Of a stretch of DNA of 64,000 nt, positions 47,920 through 56,789 are shown piece by piece. The DNA comes from Planctomycetota bacterium (GTDB taxonomy: Bacteria > Planctomycetota > SZUA-567 > H5-PLA8), in contig JBBRPR010000048.1 of assembly GCA_038227875.1 (NCBI GenBank), positions 1 through 64,000 of the forward strand. Reading direction: 5' to 3'. The stretch's first letter is position 1. Every line of letters starts with the position of its first letter. The notes under the pieces are model-generated. The model searched no databases. It was given only the letters and a program-made list of their open reading frames with translations, and was not told the DNA's origin. The translations under genes and the position numbers were made by a program.

Positions 47920-48018
47920 TTCTCTATAGTATCTAAGCGGTCGAGAAACGCAAAAGTCAAGTGTTTTCTGTGAATTTAGTTAAAAAGATTTTATAATACA
48001 TGACATGCAGCAGTGCAC
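47920..48018. repeat. AT-rich direct repeat, copy 2
   Basis: Same blocks as 47601-47697, 321 bp downstream. Confidence 0.8.
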
Positions 48019-48117
48019 GGAAAGGGGTAGGTCGGATCGGGAGTCGACGGAGTTTGAGGTCCCATTGAATCGGATTCATGACGGACGCAGAGCCCTGTGG
48101 CTGTTCAGGGGCAACGG

Positions 48118-48840
48118 CTATCGGCCAAGTACCCTTTTTCCAGACGGGTGCGGAGTTGGCAACACAATGACGGACGGCAACGGTTCCGCAATCTTGAAAT
48201 CTACGCCGCCGTACAACTTCATGGAAACTGCGTCGTCATCAGGAACGATCGCACTGGCTCCGAACCATATTTCGTTCTCTGGGTCATCGGGCAGCCAGGC
48301 CTTTGGCAACTCTATTCTAAGCTCATGGCGGTCAACTCGGTGGCTGGGCAGATGATGCGTCAGCAGAAAACCAAAGGTAACAGGCCCGCCCCGTGCAGGT
48401 ATTTCGAGATCATCATCGTCGTGTGCCCACCAACCACCGAGCCAACGACTGCCAAATCCTCCAACCACGCGCGTTTCATCATCAGAAAATCTTGGGATCT
48501 CGATCATATAGCCGGATTCGGCGGAGACTCCCGCCACCCTTGTCAATGGACAGGTTCGAAAGACATCGTAGCCCCATTCCCCCTGCCCAGAGTGTCGTTG
48601 AGTAACGAGCCAGGATCCGGAAGGTGAAGCGGCGATTTCGTCGATGGAGCAGCCACAACTGGTGTTAGGGCAGACTATTTCATCGAGGATGGCTCCGCTG
48701 CTCCATATACGTCGGCGTACTGTTTGATGTTCGTCATCGACGGTAACGAACTGTTTCTTGCCTTGGCAGACAAACGGATTCGTTGCCCGAAAATAGGGAT
48801 TGTCTTTTTGGTTCATGTTGTTGGCCAAAGTCCATCGCAT
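48118..48840 (-). CDS. Hypothetical protein (partial beta-propeller-like)
   Basis: 240-aa ORF; IAASPSGSWLV and PRFSDDETRVV blade-like motifs; start uncertain. Confidence 0.6.
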   Translation of the reverse strand: MRWTLANNMNQKDNPYFRATNPFVCQGKKQFVTVDDEHQTVRRRIWSSGAILDEIVCPNTSCGCSIDEIAASPSGSWLVTQRHSGQGEWGYDVFRTCPLTRVAGVSAESGYMIEIPRFSDDETRVVGGFGSRWLGGWWAHDDDDLEIPARGGPVTFGFLLTHHLPSHRVDRHELRIELPKAWLPDDPENEIWFGASAIVPDDDAVSMKLYGGVDFKIAEPLPSVIVLPTPHPSGKRVLGR

Positions 48841-49042
48841 CCGGTCAGGATCTGGTGATCGAGACAGACTACAGACTATAAATTCAAGAGCCCAGTTTCA
48901 ACCTTTGCATTTTTATTGCGATGTGCACGCAAGGTCTGATTTCGCAACCGGGTTCAGTTCCAGAGGCGACGCGCATGTGGCTACTTGGCGCGGCCCTGGT
49001 AATGCGGCGGCGATTGGGTTTTTTCCTGAAGGGACAATCGGG

Positions 49043-49113
49043 CGTAAACGCATCGGCGGCGCGTTTTAAATTGTCCCTTCAGGGCAATTTTGAATTCCGG
49101 ATGCTTCATTTCC
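49043..49113. repeat. Palindromic repeat A, copy 1 (core AAATTGTCC-CTTCA-GGGCAATTT)
   Basis: Core at 49068-49090; an extra inverted partial copy at 49025-49038. Confidence 0.9.
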
Positions 49114-49164
49114 TTCCGCCGAATCTGGGTGGTCCTCAACGCGGCGGCATGATAAACTTCGCAA

Positions 49165-50019
49165 ATGTTGCAGCTTCCATCCGACCTCGCTCAGCAGGTC
49201 ACAACTGCCCTGGCTGAGGACATCGGCGGCGGTGATATCACCGCTCAACTGGTCCCCGCCGCGCAGCGGGTCACCGGTAAAGTCATCACCCGCGAGGAGG
49301 CGACCTTATGCGGCCGCCCTTGGGTGACTGAGGTATTCCGTCAGCTGGATCCCGCTGTCCAATTGACCTGGCATGCCGACGACGGCGACCGCGTTACTGC
49401 GAATCAAACTCTGTTTGAGATCGCCGGCCTGGCCCGGCCCGTTCTCACGGGAGAGCGCACTGCGCTCAACTTCCTCCAGCTCCTTTCCGCAACGGCGACC
49501 GCCACTCGCCGCTATGTAGATGCGATCGCGGGCACCCGTTGCGCAATTCTGGATACGCGAAAGACGGTCCCAGGACTACGGACGGCGCAGAAATACGCGG
49601 TTGTGTGCGGCGGCGGCCAGAACTACCGCATCGGGCTCTTCGACCAGATGCTGATTAAGGAAAACCACATCGCCGCAGCCGGCTCCCTGACGGCCGCAGT
49701 GGCAGCAGCCCGCCGCGCAGCCGGTTCACGCAAAGTCAACGTGGATGTGGAAGTGGAAACGATGAAGGAGTTTGAGGAGGCGTTGCGCGCAGGCCCGGAC
49801 ATCATCATGCTCGACGAATTCAGCCTGGCCGACATGAGAACCGCGGTAGCGCTGAACAACTCTCAAGGCCATCGGGTCTCCGTCGAAGCATCGGGCAGCG
49901 TAACGCTCGAGACCGTCCGCAGCGTCGCAGAAACCGGCGTTGACTACATCTCAATCGGCAGCATTACCAAACACATCCGCGCTGTGGATCTGTCAATGCG
50001 GTTGGCATTCGCCTCTTAG
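49165..50019 (+). CDS. nadC: Nicotinate-nucleotide diphosphorylase (carboxylating), quinolinate phosphoribosyltransferase
   Basis: [74 protein letters not shown]. Confidence 0.96.
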   Translation: MLQLPSDLAQQVTTALAEDIGGGDITAQLVPAAQRVTGKVITREEATLCGRPWVTEVFRQLDPAVQLTWHADDGDRVTANQTLFEIAGLARPVLTGERTALNFLQLLSATATATRRYVDAIAGTRCAILDTRKTVPGLRTAQKYAVVCGGGQNYRIGLFDQMLIKENHIAAAGSLTAAVAAARRAAGSRKVNVDVEVETMKEFEEALRAGPDIIMLDEFSLADMRTAVALNNSQGHRVSVEASGSVTLETVRSVAETGVDYISIGSITKHIRAVDLSMRLAFAS

Positions 50020-50038
50020 GTCAACTATTCGCCGGCCA

Positions 50039-50399
50039 TGGGGTCGCGGAATCTCGTGTGTTGGATGATCCCGGCGGGAGGTCCGCCATTTCGTGGCGTG
50101 GGGACATTTCGCTCTTTCAGAGCTTTTGAAAATCGTGCGGGTCAGTTCCAGGGGCGGTGCCCCTGGCTATCGCATTTCAGCCCGTTGGGCTGGTTCGGGA
50201 GGGCTGCGCGCGAAGGCGGGCGTGTGAAAACGGGCAAGACGCGGGTTAAACGGCACGGGAGCTCGACGACAGCGATGGTGCGGATCGCGCGGCTCGTCTA
50301 GCACCCCTGCCGGGGTGCGCGCGGGAAGGACGCTCTTTTCCGGCGGTGTCGCTGCGCTCAACCACCGGCTACCGTCTATGAACCCTCCGGTTCACGCCG
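50039..50399. repeat. Long direct repeat B, copy 1 (cluster of REP-like hairpins)
   Basis: Near-identical to 51813-52176; contains GCTCTTTCAGAGC, CCAGGGGCGGTGCCCCTGG, AGCCCGTTGGGCT, GCACCCCTGCCGGGGTGC. Confidence 0.95.
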
Positions 50400-50435
50400 C
50401 GGTTGAGTGTGTTGGGACACGTTGGACACGGTTCT

Positions 50436-50507
50436 CGTAAATGGCGGCGCGGTTTAAATTGTCCCTTCAGGACAATTTCGAACGCGGGTGCTCCGTTTCC
50501 AGGGCGG
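50436..50507. repeat. Palindromic repeat A, copy 2
   Basis: Core AAATTGTCCCTTCAGGACAATTT at 50456-50478. Confidence 0.9.
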
Positions 50508-50526
50508 GATCGCGCGAAGGGGGGCC

Positions 50527-51045
50527 CTATTTCCAAAAATCGAGTGCCCGATCGAATTGTGCTTCGAGGTCTCGCAGCATTTGCTCTTCGAAGAACTCCT
50601 GGCCGCGGAATTGTCGAATGATTTCACGGCGATGCCGTTCCCAGTTGGGATTGCCGAGCGTTTTTATCCCGGCGAGGGCTGCGGCGTAGGCATCCAGTAG
50701 ATCAGGGTCGATCGGTTGTTTCAAAAAGTCGACTAACAGTTGGATGGATGCCTTGTCGTTTAACAGGGTCAGTGCGAGGCAAACTGGACGCTTAAGAACC
50801 GGATAATTCTCCGATACCAGTATTGCTTTCAAGTGCTCTGTTGTTGTCTTGTTGCGGGTAAACAGGACGCAGTGGATTCCGACTAATTTGGGGCGCCAGT
50901 CTCCGGCGCACAGCAGCTGTTCCACGTCGGATTCAGATAGCTGGTCGAGCCAATCTTGGAGTTTGGATTTCTTGAAATTCTGTTCGGACTGCAGGTAATT
51001 TTCGCGGTGCAACTTGAGGTAGTCGTCTTTAATAATCGTCTGCAT
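50527..51045 (-). CDS. Hypothetical helical protein, DUF6000-like
   Basis: YLKL..DVEQLL..DWRPKLVG..CLALTLL..LVDFL..AALA..L pattern; AT-richer codon use. Confidence 0.6.
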   Translation of the reverse strand: MQTIIKDDYLKLHRENYLQSEQNFKKSKLQDWLDQLSESDVEQLLCAGDWRPKLVGIHCVLFTRNKTTTEHLKAILVSENYPVLKRPVCLALTLLNDKASIQLLVDFLKQPIDPDLLDAYAAALAGIKTLGNPNWERHRREIIRQFRGQEFFEEQMLRDLEAQFDRALDFWK

Positions 51046-51578
51046 GATCTTTTGAATAAGGCCTCGTTTGTCCTGCATCCCAGTTGGACTTTGTAAACCC
51101 AATCGATGGAGTCTTCCTTGCCATTCAATTGCCGCAATTGGGAGCGCTGATCCTTGCCGGACATTCGCAGCATCCCGCTCTCACCTCTTTTGCCGATTTT
51201 GCATTGAAAGAAAGCTATTTCGTCGCAGTGTTGTTGAATTTGAACAAGCAGATAAAGCGGAGTAATGGTTTGGTCGGCAATCAACCAGCAGAGTCCATAG
51301 TACACCATTTCGTATTCGTTGCTTTTACGAACGTAAAATGGAATCAGACCGTCCAGACTATCATGCCATTCCGGATAAATTTCTCTCAGCACTGTCGGAA
51401 CGTACCACTCAAGACAGCTCAATGCATTTGAACGATGATCGGAAGCTGGAATGTCATCGCCGATCGACAGTGGCGCGAGTGCCAGTCGAAGATTGCTCGC
51501 GATCCTTGCGTCGAGGGTGGTCACGGTTTCGCTCGCGTTTGAATAGATGCACGGTTTATAGGAGCGTGATGATACCAC
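50883..51578 (-). CDS. Hypothetical protein; plausible coding part ends near 51075 and the frame reads on into the next gene
   Basis: LEWYVP.VLRE..EW..SLDG..GLCWLI.DQTITP..IDWVY; no family confidently named. Confidence 0.55.
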   Translation of the reverse strand: MVSSRSYKPCIYSNASETVTTLDARIASNLRLALAPLSIGDDIPASDHRSNALSCLEWYVPTVLREIYPEWHDSLDGLIPFYVRKSNEYEMVYYGLCWLIADQTITPLYLLVQIQQHCDEIAFFQCKIGKRGESGMLRMSGKDQRSQLRQLNGKEDSIDWVYKVQLGCRTNEALFKRSCRRLLKTTTSSCTAKITCSPNRISRNPNSKIGSTSYLNPTWNSCCAPETGAPN

Positions 51579-51592
51579 GCGACAAATTAGAC

Positions 51593-51669
51593 GTTAACAC
51601 ATGGACAGCGCGTTTTAAATTGTCCCTTCAGGACAATTTTGAATACGGGACGCTTCATTTCCAGGGCGG
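51593..51669. repeat. Palindromic repeat A, copy 3
   Basis: Core AAATTGTCCCTTCAGGACAATTT at 51617-51639. Confidence 0.9.
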
Positions 51670-51812
51670 CGGAGCGTGGACGCATTCGCGTCCGCGCTCC
51701 TTCGCCCTTCGCTGACGAAAACGGACCCCGTTGGGGTCGGGGCGGAATGGCGGGCGCAGGGGGCGACGTGCGCCCCGGCAGGGGAGGCATTACGTTGCCA
51801 TTGCGTGAGCCT

Positions 51813-52176
51813 TGGGGTCGCGGAATCTCGTGTGTTGTATGAGCCCCGGCGGGAGGTCCACCATTTCGTGGCGTGGGGACATTTCGCTCTTTCAGAGCTT
51901 TTGAAAATCGTGCGGGTCAGTTCCAGGGGCGGTGCCCCTGGCTTTCGCATTTCAGCCCGTTGGGCTGGTTCGGAGGTGTTGCGCGAAGGCGGGCGTGTGA
52001 AAACGGGCAAGACGCGGGTTATTCAACGGCACGGGAGCTCGACGGCAGCGATGGTGCGGACCGGGCGGATCGTCTAGCACCCCTGACGGGGTGCGCGCGG
52101 GAACGACGCTCTTTTCCGGGGGTGTCGCTGCGCTCAACCACCGGCTACCGTCTTTGAACCCTCCGGGTTCACGCCG
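51813..52176. repeat. Long direct repeat B, copy 2; overlaps the arsC stop codon
   Basis: Near-identical to 50039-50399. Confidence 0.95.
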
Positions 52177-52648
52177 AAGTTTTTGATGTCAGCTTCGCGC
52201 CGGGCATGTAGTCGCGGGGGAGGGCGGCGATCCAGGATTTGATCCTGGCGCTGATTTCGTCGCGGACGCGGCGGAAGACTTCGAGGCGTTCTTCTTCGCT
52301 GCCGGTGGCGCGGGCGGGGTCTTCGAAGGGCCAGACCAGGCGTTCGAGTACGCCGGGCCAGACGGCCGGACAGGCCTTGTCGGCGTCGTTGCAGACGATC
52401 AAGACGATCTGGGCCGACCAGTGCCCCAGAAATTCGTTGAGGTGCTTGGAACGGGCTTCACTCAGATCGATCCCGATTTCGTTCATGACGCGTACGGTCA
52501 GCGGGTTGACGCCCTTGGGATCGGTGCCGGCGCTGCGGACGTCGAAGCGTTCGGATCCAAACTTTTTCAGGAACGCCTCCGCGATCTGACTGCGTGCGGA
52601 ATTGCCGGTGCAGAGCACCAGAATCTTGTGTTTGCCGACGGTGGCCAT
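52169..52648 (-). CDS. arsC: Arsenate reductase, thioredoxin-coupled LMW-PTP type
   Basis: LVLCTGNSARSQIAE, SAGT, VCNDADKACP, WPFEDPA, FRRVRDEI; RBS AAAGGAG. Confidence 0.92.
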   Translation of the reverse strand: MATVGKHKILVLCTGNSARSQIAEAFLKKFGSERFDVRSAGTDPKGVNPLTVRVMNEIGIDLSEARSKHLNEFLGHWSAQIVLIVCNDADKACPAVWPGVLERLVWPFEDPARATGSEEERLEVFRRVRDEISARIKSWIAALPRDYMPGAKLTSKTSA

Positions 52649-52675
52649 GAGCACTCCTTTCGGGTTTCGGAATTC

Positions 52676-52697
52676 ATATTCGCTTGCGCGAATATAG
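52676..52697 (-). promoter_or_regulatory. Putative ArsR operator upstream of arsC
   Basis: Palindrome ATATTCGC-TTGC-GCGAATAT; related site at 54214-54233. Confidence 0.7.
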
Positions 52698-52997
52698 ATC
52701 GGGGTGAAGGGCAGTCAAATTAAGATGGGGTTAAGGTTGAGGGGGCGGTTTGGAGTGGATGGGTCTGTACGGCTGACCCCGGACCCCCCAGCCCCCCTTT
52801 TCAAGGGGGGAGAGGTGGACGGCACGTGCTTGTTCTCGGGACGGGTTTTGGTTTACTTCTGCGCTCCGACGAGGTTCTTGTTCGCCGCGCTCACCCACCC
52901 TCGCGGGTTTGGAAATTGCGCTTCGCCGATTGCTAAGTCCTCAGCCCTCAGCCCCATTTGAGTTGACCTTGAATTGCGATCTGCTTCAATGAACTTC

Positions 52998-53375
52998 ATG
53001 GTGAAAACGCCGATGGCTTCTCGTCCGAAAAAACGCGCTGCGCCTTCCGTGGATTCTGTGTTTCGTGCGTTCTCGGACGTGACGCGGTTGCGCATTCTGC
53101 GGCTGTTGCAACAGGGCGAGGTCTGCGTTTGCGATCTGGTCTCGGCGTTGCAAGTTCCGCAACCCAAGGTGTCGCGGCATTTGTCCCGATTGCGGAAGGC
53201 CGGCCTGGTTAAAGTGCGCAAAGACGGGCTGTGGTGTTACTACACGCTGGCGCCGGCCACGAGCGCGTTTCATGGGAAGCTGATCGAATGCATGGCGTGC
53301 TGCTTCGATCAGGTTCCGTCTCTGCACGAGGATCAGGTGCGGCTGAAGAAGTGTGCGACGGCGAAGTGTTGTTAG
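52998..53375 (+). CDS. arsR: Arsenic-responsive ArsR/SmtB regulator
   Basis: FRAFSDVTRLRIL..GEVCVCDL..QPKVSRHL..RKDGLW.YY.L; additional CC pairs; lies between arsC and the aquaporin. Confidence 0.9.
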   Translation: MVKTPMASRPKKRAAPSVDSVFRAFSDVTRLRILRLLQQGEVCVCDLVSALQVPQPKVSRHLSRLRKAGLVKVRKDGLWCYYTLAPATSAFHGKLIECMACCFDQVPSLHEDQVRLKKCATAKCC

Positions 53376-53442
53376 TGAAGTGCCCCACCCTGATTGAAAA
53401 TTTAGCTTGCGCCGTTCGGCCGTGCTCGTCTTCGATCTTTAT

Positions 53443-54174
53443 TCAGCGTGGCGTGTTCAGCGGTGACGGCGAAGTGGCTGTCGCGGCGACTGGGCGAGGG
53501 GAACTCTGCGGCGCCAGCAGCCATCCAAACACCGCGAAGGCCGTAAGCGTGGCCACGATCTGCGCGATGACGAAGGAAGGCACGTCCACCGGACGGATGC
53601 CGGAGAAAGTGTCCGTTAGCGATCGGGCGACGGTCACGGCCGGATTGGCCAATGCCGTCGACGCGGTGAACCAGTATCCGGCGGTGACATACGCGGCCAC
53701 GCAGGCGGCAACCGACGATGGCTGATACCGGACGCCGCAGGCGATCACGCCCAGCAGGCCGAAGGTCGCCACGAATTCGCTGAAGACCTGGCCGAATCCG
53801 CTGCGTTCGTGCTGCGAAAAGGCGAACGCGGCGAGGCCAAACATGGTGTGCGCGGTCCAGACGCCGGCGATGGCGCCGCCGAACTGCGCGGCCCAGTAGG
53901 CCGGGACTTCGACCCAGGGCAGCTTCCGGTTCATCGCGCCGGTCAGCGTCACCACCGGATTAAAGTGGGCTCCGGAGATGGGCCCCAGCACGGTGATTAG
54001 CGCAAACAGCCCGGCGCCGGTGGCGATCGCATTGGCCAGCAAGGCGATGGCGAAATTTCCGCCGGATAGCCGTTCACCCATGATTCCCGATCCGACAATC
54101 ACGGCCAGCAGGAACGCGGTGCCGAGGAGTTCCGCGACGAAGCGGCGCTGAAGCGTGGGTGGATCCTGATTCAT
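53443..54174 (-). CDS. MIP/aquaporin-family channel of the arsenic-associated (AqpS-like) type
   Basis: AELLGTAFLLAVIVGSGIM, ISGAHFNPVVT, EFVATFGL, YWFTAST..ANPAVT..SLTDTFSGIRP. Confidence 0.92.
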   Translation of the reverse strand: MNQDPPTLQRRFVAELLGTAFLLAVIVGSGIMGERLSGGNFAIALLANAIATGAGLFALITVLGPISGAHFNPVVTLTGAMNRKLPWVEVPAYWAAQFGGAIAGVWTAHTMFGLAAFAFSQHERSGFGQVFSEFVATFGLLGVIACGVRYQPSSVAACVAAYVTAGYWFTASTALANPAVTVARSLTDTFSGIRPVDVPSFVIAQIVATLTAFAVFGWLLAPQSSPRPVAATATSPSPLNTPR

Positions 54175-54213
54175 GGCCAAAAGTCCAACGGGATTAGGAT
54201 GACAACGAACTTC

Positions 54214-54233
54214 ATTCGCTTAGACGAATATAG
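54214..54233 (-). promoter_or_regulatory. Putative ArsR operator upstream of the aquaporin
   Basis: ATTCGCTTagaCGAATATAG versus ATTCGCTTgcgCGAATATAG upstream of arsC. Confidence 0.7.
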
Positions 54234-54339
54234 TGAAAGCGGACCCCGGTCAAGCGGAATCGAGATTTTCCAATGTTTGTGCCCATATTCGTTCCGTTTG
54301 GCGGGTAATATGGGTGGCTGATATATCACAGGAGGTGCC

Positions 54340-55881
54340 ATGTCTACGACATCCATTGCGCTCTGTTCGGTCCTTGCACTCTTCGTTACAGCCGCCTCCC
54401 CGGGGCTCCTGGCGCAGGAGCCGACCGTCGTGGGCTGGCGCGGGGACGGGTCGGGGCGTTATCCCAACGCCAATCCGCCCACGACCTGGTCGCGGGATGA
54501 CAGCGGCGCGAAGAAGAACATCCTCTGGGAGACAAAACTTCCCTGCTACAGCTGGGCCACGCCGATCATTGTCGGCGATAAGATCTTTGTGCGATCGGAC
54601 CCCTACGATCTGATCTGCCTGAATAAAAAGGACGGGAAGATCCTGTGGATCCGATCGCACGGCCCGCAGGTGGCGGTGACCGATGAGGATCGCAAGGCCA
54701 ACCCGGGCCTGGCGGCCATCGATCCGCTCGTCGCGCAGCTCAAGCAGGTGAACGACGCGTATGTGGAAAAAGGCTCATCGCCAGAGCTGTTGAAGCAGAA
54801 GCACGATTTGCAGCACCAGATCGACGACATCTTTTTAAAGAACGATCGAAAGTACAAATTACCGAAGGACATGTGGGTGGAAAGCTGGTCTGAATATACC
54901 GGCTCAACGCCCTGCTCGGATGGCACGAATATCTATTTCACATCTGGTGCGGGAGTGACGGGCTGCTTTGATTTGAACGGCAATTTGAAATGGTCCAATT
55001 ACGAGTCTCTGGCGGCGGGATGGGGGGAGCATGGCGATCCGGATTCGCCGACGCTTTCCGGCGACAAGTTCATCGTGGCCGAAGGACCCAAGGCGCTGGA
55101 CAAGGCGACGGGCAAGCAAGTCTGGTTCATGGATTCCAAACCCGCCAATGCCTCTGAAAACCGCGAACAGTTCGGCATGGTGACGTTCAAATTCAACGGC
55201 ACGGATTTCGTGATTGCGCGCGGGAACGTGTTGCGCGTCAGCGACGGAAAATCGTTCCTGAAATTGCCGTGGGTCTTTTCGGCGCCCGTGGTTCATGACG
55301 ACATGATCAACAACGTCCACGGCGGCGGCGGCTACTCCTTCAAAATGGAAGCGCTGCCCAACGGCGAGATGCAAGGCAAGTCCGTCGTCAACGGCCCCGA
55401 ATATCCCGGCTTCATCTTCCCGCTCGAGAACCCGGAAAAGAAGGACTCGACGTTTTACACGGCGTCGCCGCTGTACCACGACGGCCTGCTCTATTGCCTG
55501 TCTAACACCGGCTGGCTGGTGACCGTCGACACGAAAGCGACGACGCCGAAAGACGCGATCGTCTACGCCAAAAAGCTGCCCTTCGATTTCAAGAATCCAC
55601 CGCACCGAAAAACCTTTGGCTGCGGCATTGGCGCCAGTCCGGCCTTTGCAGGGAAATACATCTACCTGACCGACAACGCCGGTTGCACGATCGTGATGGA
55701 ACCGGGCCGGGAGTACAAACAGGTCGCGAAGAACAATCTCGATCACATCATGGACAAGGGCTGGGAGGAGTTTCACTGGAACGATCACTACCACGAAACG
55801 ACGCTGGCCTCGCCGATTTTCGAAGAGAACCGGATCTACATTCGCGGCGAGCAATACCTGTATTGCATCGGCGAGAAGTAG
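54340..55881 (+). CDS. Secreted PQQ-binding-like beta-propeller protein
   Basis: Signal peptide; GWRGDGSGRYP, ATPIIVGDKIF, STPCSDG, ASPIFEENRIYIRGEQYLYCIG; RBS AGGAGG. Confidence 0.9.
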   Translation: MSTTSIALCSVLALFVTAASPGLLAQEPTVVGWRGDGSGRYPNANPPTTWSRDDSGAKKNILWETKLPCYSWATPIIVGDKIFVRSDPYDLICLNKKDGKILWIRSHGPQVAVTDEDRKANPGLAAIDPLVAQLKQVNDAYVEKGSSPELLKQKHDLQHQIDDIFLKNDRKYKLPKDMWVESWSEYTGSTPCSDGTNIYFTSGAGVTGCFDLNGNLKWSNYESLAAGWGEHGDPDSPTLSGDKFIVAEGPKALDKATGKQVWFMDSKPANASENREQFGMVTFKFNGTDFVIARGNVLRVSDGKSFLKLPWVFSAPVVHDDMINNVHGGGGYSFKMEALPNGEMQGKSVVNGPEYPGFIFPLENPEKKDSTFYTASPLYHDGLLYCLSNTGWLVTVDTKATTPKDAIVYAKKLPFDFKNPPHRKTFGCGIGASPAFAGKYIYLTDNAGCTIVMEPGREYKQVAKNNLDHIMDKGWEEFHWNDHYHETTLASPIFEENRIYIRGEQYLYCIGEK

Positions 55882-55956
55882 GGGCTACGTCGGCGGAATA
55901 AGAGAGGGTGCCGGATTGCGGTATTCCTGACATGAGCGCCGCGGTAAAATGGCGTG

Positions 55957-56508
55957 ATGGCAGACGCGACTCCCTCACGCCGCTGGTTTCAGTTTCACCT
56001 CAGCACGATAGTGGCATTGTCTTTGACCGCGGCGTGGCTGATGTTCTGGAATTTCGTTCCTCGCAACGTCTCCGGAGCGTACGGGTGGCCGTTCAGCCAC
56101 GCGTGGCACGATGCCAATTTGGATACCGCCAATGGGCTCTCGGCGCTGTTGGTGCTCTATCTTGTTTTCAAACTTTTCAACAGACTGAATTCACCGGCAG
56201 GCCAGCAACGACTCAAGGAACTGAAGGCGCGGCTGAGGCGAACACGGCTGGTCACGCGCGTGGCCACTGCGATCTCCACGGCAGCGGTCGGTTATCTGGG
56301 TTATGCCAACGGCGTTCGCGAAGGCGCATGGGTGAATTACGGCTGGCCGGCTCACGCCGTGCGGATTTATCAATTGCAGCGCTCGTATTCGTGGGGCTTT
56401 ATCGCCAATGAGTATGCATACGGGGACCTTGCCTTAGACCTGCTCATCAGCGCGTCGATCGTGAGCTTGACGTTTGTCCTATGCGAGTGGGGCAACGACG
56501 AGGCGTGA
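55957..56508 (+). CDS. Hypothetical membrane protein with two YGWP motifs
   Basis: RRWFQFHLST..; two TM-YGWP-TM halves. Confidence 0.65.
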   Translation: MADATPSRRWFQFHLSTIVALSLTAAWLMFWNFVPRNVSGAYGWPFSHAWHDANLDTANGLSALLVLYLVFKLFNRLNSPAGQQRLKELKARLRRTRLVTRVATAISTAAVGYLGYANGVREGAWVNYGWPAHAVRIYQLQRSYSWGFIANEYAYGDLALDLLISASIVSLTFVLCEWGNDEA

Positions 56509-56513
56509 GTTCA

Positions 56514-56789
56514 TCACACCGCCACGCCATCCCGGATAACAATGATGTCCAGCGCCGGCCAGCGGGTCTGGATGCGCGCGACGAAATCCTGGAGGTACTC
56601 GTCCAGCAGGTCGCCGTCGACCAGAACCACCACCGGCCGGGAGCGGCGGGCGAGTTCCAGGGCGATCCGGCGGTCGTCGACGCTCTGAATGACGCACTGA
56701 AAGCGGTCGGAGTAGAACTCAACGACCGCGGCCGGTTCGTCCTCGTTGAGCACCGCGAGCCCCACACATCGATTTATGATCGGATTCAT
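56514..56789 (-). CDS. Small receiver-domain-like protein (partial)
   Basis: ALELARRSRPVVVLVD..FVARIQTRWPALDIIVI; lacks the C-terminal Lys segment; native codon bias. Confidence 0.6.
   Translation of the reverse strand: MNPIINRCVGLAVLNEDEPAAVVEFYSDRFQCVIQSVDDRRIALELARRSRPVVVLVDGDLLDEYLQDFVARIQTRWPALDIIVIRDGVAV

Noticed and set aside
49043..51669. Repeat A as a CRISPR array
   Set aside because: Copies are 1.1-1.4 kb apart with genes between them; no cas genes.
50038..52157. Short ORFs within repeats A and B
   Set aside because: Frames are not preserved between copies and no protein motifs are recognisable.
50039..52176. Repeat B pair as DGR template/variable repeats
   Set aside because: Differences are not adenine-specific, include indels, are non-coding, and no reverse transcriptase is present.
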